Positions 21,553 to 24,000 of a DNA stretch of 24,000 nucleotides are shown piece by piece. Position 1 is the first letter of the stretch. Every line of letters begins with the position of its first letter. Under the pieces are notes generated by a model. That model did no database searches and was not told the DNA's origin. It saw only the letters and a program-made list of their open reading frames with translations. The translations under genes were made by a program, and so were the position numbers. Source of the DNA: Methanomicrobiaceae archaeon (lineage in GTDB: Archaea; Halobacteriota; Methanomicrobia; Methanomicrobiales; Methanomicrobiaceae); NCBI GenBank assembly GCA_016937345.1, contig JAFGWE010000009.1, forward strand, positions 57,697-81,696, read 5' to 3'.

Positions 21553-24000
21553 ATGACCAAAAATTTGGATGATGATGAGTCAGAAAGCTATAAAATCCGG
21601 GCATCAGGGATCATAGAACACATTCCCGATCCGACTTTTGCAATAGATACAAAAGGCAGAGTAATAGCCTGGAACAGAGCAATCGAAGAGATGACAGGCA
21701 TCCCTGCTTCAGATATTATTGGAAAAGGCAATCATGAGTATTCACTGCCATTTTACAACAGGCGACAGCCCACCCTTATCAATTTTTTTGAAATTCCTGA
21801 AAAAAAACTCAGGGAAATGGGGTATAAAATTATAAAAAGAACAGACAATGCAATCTCCATTGACTCAACTGAAGTACAAATCAAAGGTAAAAAATACTAT
21901 GTAAAGGCAAATGCATCCCGTATTTATGATGAATCAGGAAATATTGCAGGTGCCATTGAATCATTAACAGATATTACAGAGAAAAGAGAGGCACAGACAC
22001 TTATTGACAATCTCCTTTTGGAACAGGAAGAACTTCTGGAAATAGTCAACAAGAGTCCTGCAGTTGCATTCCTCTGGAAAGCAGAGGAAAACTGGCCGGT
22101 TGAGAAAGTCAGTGCAAATATTTCACAGTTTGGATATTCTGTTGAGGATTTCATCTCCGGAAGAGTCATTTTCAGCTCCATTATTCATCCTGATGATCTA
22201 AAACAGGTAGCCTATGAAGTGGAATACAACAGTTCTAACAATATTGATGAGTTCATTCAGACCTACAGAATACTTGGAAAAGATAAAACAGAATACTGGA
22301 TTGAAGACTTTACTCACATACGCCGTAACAAAAAAGGGATAATCACACACTATCAGGGGATTATTATCAACATTACGGAACGGAAAAAGGCAGAAGAAGC
22401 CCTGGAGAGATCATATGCTGTTTTAAATGGGGTAATAGAGAGTCCAAAAGACGTAGTCATCTTTGCTCTGGACAGGCAGTATTGTTATGCCGCTTTTAAC
22501 GAAAATCACCGCCAGACCATGAAACAGATCTGGGGTGCTGATATTGCCACAGGCAACAGCATGCTTGAATATATCAAAAGCCCCGAAGATCAAAAAAAGG
22601 CAAAAATAAATTTTGACCGTGCACTTTCCGGCGAATCATTTACAGTGATTGAGGAGTATGGAGATTCCGCACTTGAACGCAGGTGGTATGAGGACATTTA
22701 CAACCCGGTTACTGATGAAAACGGTAATATCATTGGACTTACGCTGTTTCTCACCGACATTACAAAACGCAAAAAGATGGAAGAGGAGCTCAAAGAGAGT
22801 GAGTACAGGTTCAGGGAACTCTTTAATTCAATGCACAGCGGTGTTGTCGTATACAATGCCATAGATAAAGGGGCAGATTTTGAGATTGTCAACTTTAACC
22901 ACGGTGCAGAAATCATTGAAAAAATTAAAAAACAGGACGTAATCGGGAAACGTGTAAGTGAAGCATTCCCCGGAGTAGAGGAATTCGGACTTCTGAAAGT
23001 ATTTCAGAGAGTATGGCGTACCGGAAAACCCGAACATCACCCTATATCTCTTTACCAGGATGAACATATTATCAGCTGGCGTGAAAATTATGTTTACCGA
23101 CTCCCTTCGGGCGAAATCGTTGCCATTTATGATGATGTCACTGAAGCCAGGAAGGCAGAGGAAGCCCTCGCCAAGGAAAAAAACACTATAGATTTTATAA
23201 TTGACAGCATGCCAGGAATGTTTTACATAATTTCAGAGACATCCCTCTTTGTTCGCTGGAATAAAAATCTTGAAACACTGACAGGATATTCAGCAGAAGA
23301 ACTCTCAAAGATGGGACCTCAGGACCTGGTTGACAAAAAAGATTTGGAAGTCATGTTTAATGCCATGAAAGAGGCCTTTACAGAAGGTTATGCCGAATTA
23401 GAAGCTTTTGTTGTTGCAAAAGACGGTAAAAAAACTCAATACCTCTTCTCAGGACATGGCAGGATAATAGACGATAAACCATATCTTATAGGAGCCGCCC
23501 TTGATCTCTCCAGAACGAAAGAAGCAGAAAAAGCCCTTATTAAAGAAAAAAACACTACAGATTATATTCTGGAAAGCCTGCCGGGAATGTTTTACATACT
23601 TGATACTAAAGGCCGGTTTGTACGCTGGAATAAAAATTCCGGTATGATAACAGGATATTCCGAAGATGAAATTTCAAAGATGGGACCTAATGATTTCATC
23701 GCTGATAAAGATAAAGAACGGGTTTCTGATGCTGTAACTAATGCTTTTTCAGAGGGCTATGCAGACGTGGAAGCCGATATTGTTACAAAAGAAGGTAAAA
23801 AGATACCTTTCTTCTTCTCGGCATTCAGTAGAGTTATTGATGACACTCCTTATCTCCTGGGAATGGCCCTTGACATCACCAGGACAAAGGAAGCTGAAAA
23901 AGAGATAGCAAAACTGGCAGCAATAGTCCGGCATTCCGGAGAATTTATCTGCCTGGCAGATACTGACGGACAGATTACTTTCATAAACGAAGCAGGGGCA
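21553..24000 (+). CDS. Multi-PAS-domain signal transduction protein, probably a sensor histidine kinase; 3'-truncated by the window edge
   Basis: Not in the ORF track. By hand, the frame from ATG 21553 is open to nt 24000 (at least 815 codons). It has at least 7 consecutive PAS-like modules separated by coiled linker motifs (DITEKREAQ, NITERKKAEEAL, DITKRKKMEEEL, DVTEARKAEEAL, DLSRTKEAEKAL, DITRTKEAEKEI). No transmembrane segment occurs at the N-terminus, and the output domain lies beyond the window. Confidence 0.8.
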   Translation, partial: MTKNLDDDESESYKIRASGIIEHIPDPTFAIDTKGRVIAWNRAIEEMTGIPASDIIGKGNHEYSLPFYNRRQPTLINFFEIPEKKLREMGYKIIKRTDNAISIDSTEVQIKGKKYYVKANASRIYDESGNIAGAIESLTDITEKREAQTLIDNLLLEQEELLEIVNKSPAVAFLWKAEENWPVEKVSANISQFGYSVEDFISGRVIFSSIIHPDDLKQVAYEVEYNSSNNIDEFIQTYRILGKDKTEYWIEDFTHIRRNKKGIITHYQGIIINITERKKAEEALERSYAVLNGVIESPKDVVIFALDRQYCYAAFNENHRQTMKQIWGADIATGNSMLEYIKSPEDQKKAKINFDRALSGESFTVIEEYGDSALERRWYEDIYNPVTDENGNIIGLTLFLTDITKRKKMEEELKESEYRFRELFNSMHSGVVVYNAIDKGADFEIVNFNHGAEIIEKIKKQDVIGKRVSEAFPGVEEFGLLKVFQRVWRTGKPEHHPISLYQDEHIISWRENYVYRLPSGEIVAIYDDVTEARKAEEALAKEKNTIDFIIDSMPGMFYIISETSLFVRWNKNLETLTGYSAEELSKMGPQDLVDKKDLEVMFNAMKEAFTEGYAELEAFVVAKDGKKTQYLFSGHGRIIDDKPYLIGAALDLSRTKEAEKALIKEKNTTDYILESLPGMFYILDTKGRFVRWNKNSGMITGYSEDEISKMGPNDFIADKDKERVSDAVTNAFSEGYADVEADIVTKEGKKIPFFFSAFSRVIDDTPYLLGMALDITRTKEAEKEIAKLAAIVRHSGEFICLADTDGQITFINEAGA
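23164..23901 (+). repeat. Tandem in-frame duplication of a PAS module (2 x 369 nt) inside the multi-PAS gene
   Basis: Unit 1 (23164-23532) and unit 2 (23533-23901) align without gaps. My manual alignment gives about 71/123 identical residues (ALAKEKNTIDFIIDSMPGMFYI... vs ALIKEKNTTDYILESLPGMFYI...). Confidence 0.8.

Noticed and set aside
1-24000. Searched by eye for CRISPR repeats, transposase or integrase genes, toxin-antitoxin pairs, restriction-modification or other defence systems, and att-site duplication of the tRNA-Glu 3' end.
   Set aside because: None was found. Every ORF over 90 aa is accounted for by housekeeping or cofactor functions or small unknowns, and no periodic direct repeats were seen outside the PAS duplication.

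Overview
This window looks like core chromosome of an AT-rich methanogenic archaeon. I estimate roughly 40% G+C by eye, not computed. The gene set (coenzyme F430 genes, methanogenesis markers 9 and 13, mptD, a multi-PAS sensor) suggests Methanomicrobia, but I cannot confirm the lineage without a database search. All protein calls come from reading the supplied translations, plus two edge-truncated ORFs I translated by hand, and matching motifs to families from memory. No searches were run.

Layout:
- (a) 1-638: 3' end of an MCM helicase gene.
- (b) 732-8566: a tightly packed plus-strand run of housekeeping genes. These are mptD, a TatD-like hydrolase, DUF424, NMD3-like, a Taw2/Trm5-like methyltransferase, the archaeal CoA genes coaBC, pantoate kinase and phosphopantothenate synthetase, a divergent RFC-small-subunit-like AAA+ protein, and a class I SAM methyltransferase.
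- (c) 8621-9946 (minus): a PurM-superfamily (AIR-synthase-related) gene, divergent from thiD, which is followed by an Lrp/AsnC regulator, a small membrane protein and an unknown protein.
- (d) 12309-12686: a solitary class-III-signal-peptide pilin-like gene.
- (e) 12695-15693 (minus): a translationally coupled operon of an Hjc-like nuclease, a methanogenesis marker 9 fusion, a CitG-like protein and DUF447.
- (f) 15774-19835: divergent from (e), a coenzyme F430 cluster in the order cfbA-cfbE-cfbD-cfbB, with no cfbC in the window.
- (g) ilvE, tRNA-Glu(UUC), about 490 nt of AT-rich non-coding DNA, then the 5' 2.4 kb of a gene with at least 7 PAS domains that runs off the window.

I saw no CRISPR array, transposase, integrase, toxin-antitoxin pair or defence system.

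The best candidate for poorly described biology is the marker-9 / CitG-like / DUF447 operon, possibly a methanopterin or other methanogen cofactor module. Two further points deserve a second look. The methyltransferase has its SAM-binding motif encoded upstream of any canonical start codon, with a CTG where an ATGA-type overlap start would sit. The RFC-like paralog has altered Walker motifs.
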